DNA from: an uncultured Ruminococcus sp.
Lineage (GTDB): Bacteria > Bacillota > Clostridia > Oscillospirales > Acutalibacteraceae
Length of the DNA stretch: 64,000 nucleotides
Direction: 5' to 3'
Assembly: GCA_902800005.1 (NCBI GenBank)
Contig: CADCCP010000004.1
Location: forward strand, 3,773-67,772
Shown here: in pieces, positions 9,568 to 17,965 of the stretch
Layout: the number at the start of each line of letters is the position of its first letter
Numbering within the stretch: position 1 is the stretch's first letter
Notes under the pieces: model-generated
Seen by the model: the letters and a program-made list of their open reading frames with translations, nothing else
Database searches by the model: none
What the model was told of the DNA's origin: nothing
Position numbers and translations under genes: made by a program

Positions 9568-9604
9568 TGTACATTGCACATTGCACATTGTACATTGCAC
9601 ATTG
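9568..9604. repeat. tandem heptamer array (TACATTG/CACATTG x5)
   Basis: Reads tgTACATTGCACATTGCACATTGTACATTGCACATTG, with no partner arm nearby. It lies between convergent genes. The reverse complement CAATGTG is the unit of the tyrS-leader hairpin. Confidence 0.8.
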
Positions 9605-9612
9605 AATTAGAA

Positions 9613-9864
9613 TTACTCTTCTTTTTTGCCGAACATATTGAAACGGAAAAGTTTTGATTCATCTTCGGAGTTCTGGCACTCAAGATGTGCATTCATGATC
9701 TTGCCGCCTTCAATGAGTTTTGCAAGTCCGATAAGTTGGCAGAGCTTGCTTTTGAGGTTAAGACGGTCGCCTTCGCCCGTTACGAGAAATACATCACCCT
9801 CGCAAGTGTCCACTACTGACAAAAATTCCTGTACATCTACCTTATGAAGTTCGATTGAAGCCAT
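9613..9864 (-). CDS. small HPr-like protein (tentative)
   Basis: 83 aa starting at MASIELHK, with an AAGGAGG RBS 8 nt upstream. LNLKSKLCQLIGLA resembles the HPr Ser46 region (VNLKSIMGVMSLGI), and a His lies 29 residues upstream (28 in HPr). The ORF-track start at 9909 lacks an RBS. Confidence 0.45.
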   Translation of the reverse strand: MASIELHKVDVQEFLSVVDTCEGDVFLVTGEGDRLNLKSKLCQLIGLAKLIEGGKIMNAHLECQNSEDESKLFRFNMFGKKEE

Positions 9865-9937
9865 ATTTAAAACCTCCTTAAAATTATATCCGTTGATTTC
9901 TTTCTTCAACAGGTTTTTTTCATCACCTGTTGCCTTT

Positions 9938-9965
9938 ATTATAACATATTTTTCCGACTTGTCAA
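9938..9965 (-). promoter_or_regulatory. consensus sigma-70 promoter of the HPr-like gene
   Basis: On the - strand: TTGACA, 16 nt ending in TGt, then TATAAT. Confidence 0.6.
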
Positions 9966-10036
9966 CACTTTTTCAAAAATATTTTGTGAATCATATCAAA
10001 ACAATTCGGTTGAAATTTGTGCAAATTCACTCAATT

Positions 10037-10708
10037 TCAGACATATATTTCTCCATCAGAAATTTTCACTTGTCTTTCAGCCATATCTGCAACGCTTTTA
10101 TCATGCGTTATCAACACGACTGTCGCACCGTTTTTATGCAGGCTTTTCAGAATATCCATTATTTCATTCCCCGAATTCATATCAAGATTTCCCGTCGGTT
10201 CGTCTGCAAGGATAATTTCGGGTTCTGCCGCAACTGCCCTTGCAATAGCAACTCTTTGTTGCTGACCGCCCGACAGTTCACAAGGCTTATGAGAAAGCCT
10301 TTTTTTCAATCCGACCTTTTCAAGAGAATCCAGTGCCATTTGTCGTCGGGCTGATCTTTTGATACCCCTGTATATCAGAGGCAATTCCACGTTTTCCAGT
10401 GCATTAAGTGTCGGTATCAAATTGAAATTCTGAAAAATAAAGCCTATCACTTGATTTCTGACAAATGACAATTCCCTTTCGGTCATTCTTGAAACATCTA
10501 TGCCGTCAAGGATATATTCACCGCTCGTAACCGTATCAAGACAGCCGAGTATATTCATCAAAGTAGACTTTCCCGAACCCGACTGTCCTGTTATTGAAAC
10601 AAACTCTCCCCTGCCTATCTCCAAACCGATATTATTCAACGCATGAACTATATTATTTTTTGAAACATACGTCTTGCAAACGTCCGATAAAACTATCACA
10701 TTTTCCAT
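10037..10708 (-). CDS. ABC transporter ATP-binding protein (MacB/LolD/FtsE-like)
   Basis: GQSGSGKST, LSGGQQQRVAIARA and ILADEPTGNLD motifs; 223 aa. No FtsX-type permease gene is adjacent. Confidence 0.85.
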   Translation of the reverse strand: MENVIVLSDVCKTYVSKNNIVHALNNIGLEIGRGEFVSITGQSGSGKSTLMNILGCLDTVTSGEYILDGIDVSRMTERELSFVRNQVIGFIFQNFNLIPTLNALENVELPLIYRGIKRSARRQMALDSLEKVGLKKRLSHKPCELSGGQQQRVAIARAVAAEPEIILADEPTGNLDMNSGNEIMDILKSLHKNGATVVLITHDKSVADMAERQVKISDGEIYV

Positions 10709-10753
10709 GTCAAAACCACCTCAATGTTATTTTGCCATGAACACATGATTTTA

Positions 10754-10969
10754 TCAGATATTTTCAAGAAGTTCCTTCAGTTTTGCCACCTCATCACTGT
10801 TTAATGAAGTGCCTTTGCCCATTTTTTCATGGTTAGGCGACCATTCTCTTATATCCAATTTTGCCGCTGCACCGTTCCACGATACCATATTTACTTCTTT
10901 TCTCCAACCGCTTTTACTTTCGGAAAGAACTCCTATTTCTTTTTCTATCTCATATCTAAAATCTGCCAT
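10754..10969 (-). CDS. YdbC/PC4-like small ssDNA-binding-fold protein (tentative)
   Basis: 71 aa from ATG (MADFRYEIEKEIGVL...WRKEVNMVSWNG...LDIREW), with a GGGGG RBS 9-10 nt upstream. The family call comes from remembered YdbC-like sequences. Confidence 0.5.
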   Translation of the reverse strand: MADFRYEIEKEIGVLSESKSGWRKEVNMVSWNGAAAKLDIREWSPNHEKMGKGTSLNSDEVAKLKELLENI

Positions 10970-10984
10970 TTCATTCACCCCCTT

Positions 10985-12586
10985 TCATTCTGCATTGTTC
11001 AGCAGATTCCTGCACATCAGGAATATCAGAAATGATATTATCATGTTCCATATAAATACAGGCAATCCCATCATTGTTGCAGCTATGATCGAAAGTTCGC
11101 CTGCATTTGAAAGACTCATAAGTCCCAGCATTATTCCGGGTATCATCAATAAAAATATCAATGACATATAAAAAGTGATAAATACACCTCTGTTGCCGTT
11201 CATGCCGACTATCCTTTGTGCAAGGACATTTGCCGCTATATACACGCATCCGAAACTGCCGTATACAAGTATACTTGTCACAATATCGGGTATTTGTCCT
11301 CCGACTATCAGTGCAAGTACCAGATAGGCTATCGTACCATCAGTGAAAGGCTTTATTATACTCGTTGCAGATGCCATTATCAGTTTTTTGACGGGACTGT
11401 CGGGAATTAAAAATATATACGGCTTTGACAATTCTTTCACCCAATCTCCTGCCGCACTGAAAAAGAATTGAAGATAGGAACATATAATTGTCGTTCCAAG
11501 ATAAATTACAGTTGTTCTGTAAATGCCGTCCATTATCTGATCTATAACTAATCCCGTTACAAGTGCCACTCCCAAAAGTACCGCTGTGCTGATATTCAAA
11601 AAAATAAATCTTGAACGTCTTTCGCCTTCTTTGAGATGTTTATAGAATATGGCATTTGCACCGCTGCCTTTTTTGATGCCGATATTGGAATCTTTCAGTT
11701 TCTGCGAACTCATGCCAAAACTTTCACCCATATTGCCTGTTCTGAGGGATTCCCTGAAAGCGTAATTGCTTTCAGCCTGTCCGAGAACATCTTCATAGTA
11801 ATCAAGTTTTGTATAGACAAATACAAGTATGCAGGCTATCAATGACACGAAAAGCAATATCCCGTATACAGCGATATTCGCATAATTGCCGTCAATGATA
11901 CCGAATATAACTCCGTGTATCCAGCCTATCGGACTGTATTCAAGCATGGGCTGTGAAACGGCATAAAGCAGATTTTCAACGGTCATTCCGTTGGTGAACA
12001 TATATATACCCACAACTGCCAACGGATATACAGGTATCGCATAAATTATATATTTCATGACTTTTGCACGTTTCTGATGACCGCTTGACAAACAGAATAT
12101 CATCAATGTCATCATCTGTACAAGAATGAACATGACAATTATGCCGAGTATCAGCCATACAGCATCTTCCGCCGTAAGCCTGAATATATTCATAGCCATA
12201 CCGCCGTATGCCGAAAAACATATAGCAAGAAACAGCATTGAAGCAAGCTGTCTGCCGACACCGTATATGAGTATTTTTTTCTCCGACATGGGTGCAACGA
12301 ATATATTATTGACATCACTCATTGAAAAAAAACTTGTTCCCGAACTCAAGCCTTTGAGCATAATGGGAATACTTATAAAATGCAGGAGTGCCAAGTAACC
12401 GCCGTATAATGCCCTTGTATCCTTTTCAACGCTGTAGGTTGCGGTACTGTTGGCATATCCCATTAAAACGGCACTGATGATACTTAAAAAGAAAATACCG
12501 TACATCACCAACATCAAAGGATGTCTGAAAGCGTCTATGACCGCATTTTTGACGGTCTTTCGGACTATGTAGAAAATAGCTCCCAT
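10985..12586 (-). CDS. polytopic membrane protein, putative ABC-exporter permease
   Basis: 533 aa with at least 10 predicted TM helices. It starts 4 nt after the stop of the upstream ABC ATPase and has a GGGGAAG RBS. Confidence 0.7.
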   Translation of the reverse strand: MGAIFYIVRKTVKNAVIDAFRHPLMLVMYGIFFLSIISAVLMGYANSTATYSVEKDTRALYGGYLALLHFISIPIMLKGLSSGTSFFSMSDVNNIFVAPMSEKKILIYGVGRQLASMLFLAICFSAYGGMAMNIFRLTAEDAVWLILGIIVMFILVQMMTLMIFCLSSGHQKRAKVMKYIIYAIPVYPLAVVGIYMFTNGMTVENLLYAVSQPMLEYSPIGWIHGVIFGIIDGNYANIAVYGILLFVSLIACILVFVYTKLDYYEDVLGQAESNYAFRESLRTGNMGESFGMSSQKLKDSNIGIKKGSGANAIFYKHLKEGERRSRFIFLNISTAVLLGVALVTGLVIDQIMDGIYRTTVIYLGTTIICSYLQFFFSAAGDWVKELSKPYIFLIPDSPVKKLIMASATSIIKPFTDGTIAYLVLALIVGGQIPDIVTSILVYGSFGCVYIAANVLAQRIVGMNGNRGVFITFYMSLIFLLMIPGIMLGLMSLSNAGELSIIAATMMGLPVFIWNMIISFLIFLMCRNLLNNAE

Positions 12587-12589
12587 ATT

Positions 12590-13300
12590 TCACTTCCCCT
12601 TTTCCGTTATACTGAAAAACAGTTCTTCCAAATTTTCACCGCTCTGTTCAACAATTTTTCTGTCACGTTCAGCTTCGATCCTGCCGTTCATCATGATGAA
12701 AACTTTATCCCAGAATTCTTCCACGCTTTCAAGCATATGTGTACTTATTATAACAGATGTCCCGTTACCTCTCATTTCGGAAAGCATGGCTTTGAGTTCT
12801 TTGATGGCATGGGGATCAAGTCCGACAAACGGTTCGTCAAATAAAACCGCCTTTGGCTGTATCAGCAATGCACAGCAAATACTTATTTTTTGCTGCATAC
12901 CCTTTGAAAGTTCCTTTCCGAACTTGTTTCTTTTGTCGTCAAGTTCCATTCTGTTTATAAGTTTCTCTGCACGTTCTTCCCAATTTTCAAGCCTGTAAGC
13001 ACGGGCAATAAACTCCATATGTTCCCATACCGTCAGCAATTCAAACGGTGCGGGGATCTCGGGGATATATCCCAATATTCTTTTAGCGTCTGCGGATTTA
13101 TTGTTATGACCGCAGATCTCTATTTCTCCCGAAAACCTCAGCAGACCTGCAATACACTTGATAGCCGTAGATTTTCCTGCACCGTTAGGTCCTGCAAGAA
13201 CGGCTATTTCACCATCACTGACCGTAAATGACAAATTATCATTTGCCTTGAAACGCCCGTATTTTTTAGTAAGATGTGATACATTTATCATGCCTTTCAC
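12590..13300 (-). CDS. ABC transporter ATP-binding protein
   Basis: GPNGAGKST, LSKGMQQK and LFDEPFVGLD motifs; 236 aa. Confidence 0.85.
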   Translation of the reverse strand: MKGMINVSHLTKKYGRFKANDNLSFTVSDGEIAVLAGPNGAGKSTAIKCIAGLLRFSGEIEICGHNNKSADAKRILGYIPEIPAPFELLTVWEHMEFIARAYRLENWEERAEKLINRMELDDKRNKFGKELSKGMQQKISICCALLIQPKAVLFDEPFVGLDPHAIKELKAMLSEMRGNGTSVIISTHMLESVEEFWDKVFIMMNGRIEAERDRKIVEQSGENLEELFFSITEKGK

Positions 13301-13376
13301 TTCCGTAAAATTTATTTTTTTACAGTTATTATAACATGATTTTCTTTGACTTGTATATATTTTTGTAAAATTTTTA

Positions 13377-13410
13377 TAAAAAAATAAAGCCTGCTTTAAA
13401 AGCAGACTTT
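13377..13410 (-). terminator. rho-independent terminator of the lipoprotein gene
   Basis: On the - strand: AAAGTCTGCT tttaa AGCAGGCTTT followed by ATTTTTT. Confidence 0.65.
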
Positions 13411-13417
13411 ATTCATA

Positions 13418-14128
13418 TCACTTTTCGGAATGATCCTTTGACACCTTTAAGATATTTTCATCTTTAATGGTATCGGAAACTTTTTTAAAGGTAAAAGTTG
13501 TTTTGCCCCTGTCGGACTGCATGACCTCTGCATAAGGCTTGTTGTCTTTGAAATAGTATGTCACGGTAATATTTTCGCCTGCACCGTCTGACATCTTTAC
13601 ACTATATTTTTCAAAATCCAACTCTTTTCCGTCAAAATCCGCTGTACCCGAATCGGCTATTTTCAGTGATTCACTCATACCTAAATTCATATCTGTCGTA
13701 TATGCCTTGATAAAGCTGTCAACGGTCTTTTTATATTCCGATACGGTATAGGTCTTTTCACTGTCATCTATATTATATATCTTGTCGGCATTGATTATAT
13801 AATGCACTTTCTTTCCGTCAGGTTCTTCCATTTCAAGCATGGCACTCCTATTTTTTTTACTGCCTGCTACCCTGTATTGATAGACCTGTTTTCCACTCGA
13901 TTTTTCCTTGCCCTCTACCGTCATGCTCACTTCAATATCCACTGTATCGGATTTCCAAAGCTCCATGAAAGTGCTCTCAAGAAGCTCTCCTATATCTTTT
14001 TGAACAGATATTTGCTGAGGTATCTCTGCAGGCGTTTTACTTGTATCAACAGAACTTTCCGTATTACTGCCCGATGTACACCCCGACAACATTAAAATTA
14101 TACTTAACAATAAAGTTGCTTTTTTCAA
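13418..14128 (-). CDS. lipoprotein, unknown function
   Basis: Signal peptide plus lipobox (IILMLSGCTSG); 236 aa. Confidence 0.65.
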   Translation of the reverse strand: MKKATLLLSIILMLSGCTSGSNTESSVDTSKTPAEIPQQISVQKDIGELLESTFMELWKSDTVDIEVSMTVEGKEKSSGKQVYQYRVAGSKKNRSAMLEMEEPDGKKVHYIINADKIYNIDDSEKTYTVSEYKKTVDSFIKAYTTDMNLGMSESLKIADSGTADFDGKELDFEKYSVKMSDGAGENITVTYYFKDNKPYAEVMQSDRGKTTFTFKKVSDTIKDENILKVSKDHSEK

Positions 14129-14290
14129 GAAAACATCCCCTTTGAAATTTTAACCGCATTTTACCACATTGTTACCGCATAGTCAACCAAAATATTTTTA
14201 TTCTTTTATATCATTGACATTCTGTCTATTTTGTTGTTAAATAATATTGACGATATAGTTTACTGTGTACAAAAGAAAGAAGTGACCATT

Positions 14291-15934
14291 ATGCTGGAAC
14301 TATACGGAAAAAGCGTTTCCAAAGGCATCGCTATCGGTAAAATATATTTTCATTCTAATATCGGAAATATACCAAAATACGAAGTTGAAGATACACAAAA
14401 AGAACTGGAAAGATATAAAAAGGCTCTCCTGCTTGCAAAGGATCATCTGATGTCTGTTTACAGGGATTCATTGGAAACTCTGGGTGAAAATGAATCTGCT
14501 ATATTCAAAACTCATATCATGATACTTCAGGATTCCAAATTTGTCGAAAACGTCAAGCATTGCATATCCGTTCAGAAACTCAATGCGGAATTTGCGGTAT
14601 ATACCACCGCAATGAAACTGGCAGATATATTTAAACAGCTCGATGACGAATATCTTCAGCAGAGATATTATGATATAATAGATGCCGCCAATACCCTTAT
14701 AGATATTCTCAGACCAAAGCCGAATACCGACAGACACAGCGGTCCTGTCATCATTGCCGCTCCCGAACTCCTGCCGAGTGGGACCGTCAAATTCAGCAAG
14801 GAAGACCTTTTGGGTTTCATTACGAACAACGGCTCAAAAAATTCCCATGCAGCCATACTTGCAAGAACTATGGAACTGCCGGCGGTCACGCACATCTCTG
14901 GAAACCTTTCCGAATTTGACGGTATGACTGCCATCATCGACGGTCAGAGCGGTAAGCTCTTTATCCAGCCGGACAGCAATACACTTGCCCTCTACACTGC
15001 AAGAAAAAACAGACAAAACCGTGAACGCCTCAATCTCAAGCGTCAGTCAGGACTTCCATCGAAAACAAAAAACGGTCAGTTTATCCGCCTTTCTGCCAAT
15101 ATCACCGATACCGATATTTCGGATGCCCACAGCACTGATGCCGATGGCATCGGTCTTTTCAGAACAGAATATCTCTTTGTCAACAGGGATTCCCCTCCTG
15201 CCGAAGATGAACAATTTGAATTCTACAGATCGATCATCAAACAATTCCCTGACTCCGTGACAACTGTCTCTGCCGCCAATCTCTCATGCGGTAAGGGTAT
15301 CGGATACCTTGACCTGCCTGATGAAAAAAACAGCTCTATGGGATATAGTGGTACTCGTGTACTGCTTTCAAATCCCGACATTATGAAAACTCAGTTAAAA
15401 GCCCTTCTCCGTGCCTCAGCATACGGAAAACTCCGTATACTTTTCCCAATGATAAACAGCACCGATGAGATCGACTATATCAAGAGAACCATCAAGGAAC
15501 TGAAAACAGAACTTCGTTTAAAAAATATTCCTTTCGGAAATCATGTACAGATAGGAGCAGTCATCGAAACCCCTGCCTCTGCCATCATTTCGGACGATCT
15601 TGCAAGAGCCGTTGACTTTGCCGCCATAGACACCCATGCCCTCACCCAATATACCCTCGCCATAGACCACGAAAACAGAAAACTTGAATATTTCTATGAA
15701 CCCTATCATAAATCTGTTCTCAGACTTATAAAACTCGTCTGCGACAACTTCCATAAAAACAGAAAACCTGTTTCCATATTCGGCGAACTTGCCTGTGATA
15801 CTTATATCACTCCTTTGTTCCTTGCCCTTCGTGCAGATGAGCTTGCAGTCGTTCCTTCAAAGCTCCTTGCCGTGAAAGCCGCCATCCGTGAAACAGATAC
15901 GACCGACTGTTCAAAAATTCTTGCCAAACTTTAA
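14291..15934 (+). CDS. PTS Enzyme I (PEP-protein phosphotransferase) homologue with a degenerate PEP-binding domain
   Basis: His-domain motif GSKNSHAAILARTMELPAV, plus GIGLFRTEYLF, LRILFPMI and VIETPA are conserved. Several C-terminal catalytic positions appear substituted (see findings). Start taken at MLELYGK. Confidence 0.8.
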   Translation: MLELYGKSVSKGIAIGKIYFHSNIGNIPKYEVEDTQKELERYKKALLLAKDHLMSVYRDSLETLGENESAIFKTHIMILQDSKFVENVKHCISVQKLNAEFAVYTTAMKLADIFKQLDDEYLQQRYYDIIDAANTLIDILRPKPNTDRHSGPVIIAAPELLPSGTVKFSKEDLLGFITNNGSKNSHAAILARTMELPAVTHISGNLSEFDGMTAIIDGQSGKLFIQPDSNTLALYTARKNRQNRERLNLKRQSGLPSKTKNGQFIRLSANITDTDISDAHSTDADGIGLFRTEYLFVNRDSPPAEDEQFEFYRSIIKQFPDSVTTVSAANLSCGKGIGYLDLPDEKNSSMGYSGTRVLLSNPDIMKTQLKALLRASAYGKLRILFPMINSTDEIDYIKRTIKELKTELRLKNIPFGNHVQIGAVIETPASAIISDDLARAVDFAAIDTHALTQYTLAIDHENRKLEYFYEPYHKSVLRLIKLVCDNFHKNRKPVSIFGELACDTYITPLFLALRADELAVVPSKLLAVKAAIRETDTTDCSKILAKL

Positions 15935-15943
15935 GGAGAAACA

Positions 15944-16591
15944 ATGGATAAAAAAGAAAAAGCTATCAAAGCTGTTGAACTTCTTGAAAATGAATATCCC
16001 GAAGCATTATGCTCGCTTGAATACACTGATCCCCTGCAATTACTCATTGCCACTCGTCTTGCCGCCCAATGCACCGACAAGCGTGTTAATATGGTGACTC
16101 CTGCACTTTTTGAAAAATACCAAAATGTGCATGACTTCGCAAATGCCGATGTCGAGGAAATCGGAAAATATATATATTCCTGCGGATTTTACAAAACTAA
16201 GTCAAAGGATATTGTCGAGATGTGCAAAATGATAATATCGGACTTTAACGGTACTGTTCCCGATACCGTTGAAAAATTGACGAAACTCCCAGGTATCGGC
16301 AGAAAAACCGCTAATCTTATCGTCGGTGACATCTATAAAAAGCCTGCTGTTGTAGTCGATACACACTGCATACGCATTACTCAAAGACTCGGTCTGCATG
16401 ATACAAAAAATCCCGAAAAAATAGAAAATATCCTGCGTGAACTCCTCCCCCCCGACAAGTCAAACGATTTCTGTCACCGTCTTGTACTTCACGGCAGAGC
16501 GGTATGCGATTCAAGAAAGCCTAAATGTGAAAAATGCTGTATGAAAAACATCTGTACATATTTTGAAAAATCTCAACTTCCCGTTGAATGA
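15944..16591 (+). CDS. nth: endonuclease III
   Basis: HhH-GPD motif LPGIGRKTANLI and a C-terminal 4Fe-4S cluster loop CDSRKPKCEKCCMKNIC. Confidence 0.9.
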   Translation: MDKKEKAIKAVELLENEYPEALCSLEYTDPLQLLIATRLAAQCTDKRVNMVTPALFEKYQNVHDFANADVEEIGKYIYSCGFYKTKSKDIVEMCKMIISDFNGTVPDTVEKLTKLPGIGRKTANLIVGDIYKKPAVVVDTHCIRITQRLGLHDTKNPEKIENILRELLPPDKSNDFCHRLVLHGRAVCDSRKPKCEKCCMKNICTYFEKSQLPVE

Positions 16592-16683
16592 TACGCTGAA
16601 CGGTTGATAAGATAAATTATGATTTTCTTGTATTTATCAAATATTTCCTATATAATTATAAAAAAATGCAGGAGCTGTGCTTT

Positions 16684-17484
16684 ATGATAAAAGAAAAAAT
16701 CGTTGACCTTCATGCGCCCTATCCCAAAAGTAAAAAAAGATTGGTGCGTGTATACATACCCGAACATGAAGAAAATCAGAAACTTCCCGTCATCTACATG
16801 ACGGACGGTCAGAATTTATTTGAAGAAGAAAATTGCAAATACGGCTGTTGGCATATCCGTGAAGCCGTCAGAGAGGAATTTGAAAAATCAGGCAAATCCG
16901 CTATTATAGTCGGTATATATAACGATATTCCCCATAAACGTGCAAGTGAATTGACACCCAAATCTATAGGCAAATTTCAATTTCCTGATCTCATCTCAAA
17001 AATTATGATGTCATTATTTTTTAAACCCACAGGAGAAGTTTTTGATGACTTCATAATAAACACTCTCAAGCCCCATATAGAAGAACATTTTCCCGTCAAA
17101 ACAGGAAGAAATAATACTGCTTTTTGCGGAAGTTCAATGGGCGGTCTTATGTCATTTTTTACGGGCTTGAATAATCCCGATGTATTTTCAATGACGGGCG
17201 TTTTTTCACCTAATATAATGATGTATTACAAAGAGGATATTAAAACTTGGATACAGTCCCGACTCTCCGAAAATACAACTTATCTCTATATGTATGTAGG
17301 ACAGGGAAATGACATGGAATCTCAGCTTTATCCAGCTTTTGAACAGACCTGTGAAACTCTTAAAGAAGTCTATCCCGAAAAATTTCTCAAAATCGTCATC
17401 AAGGAAAACGGTATGCACCATGAATCTTCATGGGAACCTGTTTTCAAAGATTTCCTGCACATATTCCTTGAAAATACCGATTAA
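16684..17484 (+). CDS. putative esterase (alpha/beta hydrolase, esterase-D/enterochelin-esterase-like)
   Basis: GSSMGG nucleophile elbow; 266 aa. Start chosen at the second ATG, 9 nt after GGAG. Confidence 0.65.
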   Translation: MIKEKIVDLHAPYPKSKKRLVRVYIPEHEENQKLPVIYMTDGQNLFEEENCKYGCWHIREAVREEFEKSGKSAIIVGIYNDIPHKRASELTPKSIGKFQFPDLISKIMMSLFFKPTGEVFDDFIINTLKPHIEEHFPVKTGRNNTAFCGSSMGGLMSFFTGLNNPDVFSMTGVFSPNIMMYYKEDIKTWIQSRLSENTTYLYMYVGQGNDMESQLYPAFEQTCETLKEVYPEKFLKIVIKENGMHHESSWEPVFKDFLHIFLENTD

Positions 17485-17489
17485 ACATC

Positions 17490-17525
17490 AAGACCGATTT
17501 TCTTCATTGAAAACCGGTCTTTTTT
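17490..17525. terminator. bidirectional hairpin terminator between convergent genes
   Basis: AAGACCG...CGGTCTT stem followed by TTTTT. The loop contains the stop codon (17504-17506) of the - strand NTase gene. Confidence 0.6.
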
Positions 17526-17965
17526 GCAAGTCTTGCAAGCTGTCGTTTATTCTTCTCTTTATCACTCTTTGAAAGCAGTATCATTATTCCCTCTGTGTCA
17601 TACATCTTTATCCCCTGTATATCCGTTTCATGCACTTTCATTTCAAAATAATTCAATCCCTCTATCTCATACGTTATATCAATATTCTTTCCGTCACATA
17701 TCCCTCTGATATAAAATCTGCCTTTCAGCTTTCCAAAATCAAACTTTTCATCAATTCTATCCTGCCATGAATACACTTCATATCCGTTGTCTTTGAGAAT
17801 ACCAATGATATTCAAAATATTCTCAATTTCATCACTTGCATAAAAATCCGCATCACTCGGTTTTCTCTCTAAAATTTCGGGGTGCTGAAACATCAAACTT
17901 AAACTCCCTATCAATCTACATTCCGCATTATTTGTGAGTATCTCAGCTATTCTCAAATATTCCAT
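17504..17965 (-). CDS. minimal nucleotidyltransferase-fold protein
   Basis: 153 aa. IGSLSLMF...(18 aa)...SDADF fits the Pol-beta NTase pattern hG[GS]...D.D. Overlaps the upstream radical-SAM gene by 23 nt. Confidence 0.6.
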   Translation of the reverse strand: MEYLRIAEILTNNAECRLIGSLSLMFQHPEILERKPSDADFYASDEIENILNIIGILKDNGYEVYSWQDRIDEKFDFGKLKGRFYIRGICDGKNIDITYEIEGLNYFEMKVHETDIQGIKMYDTEGIMILLSKSDKEKNKRQLARLAKKTGFQ

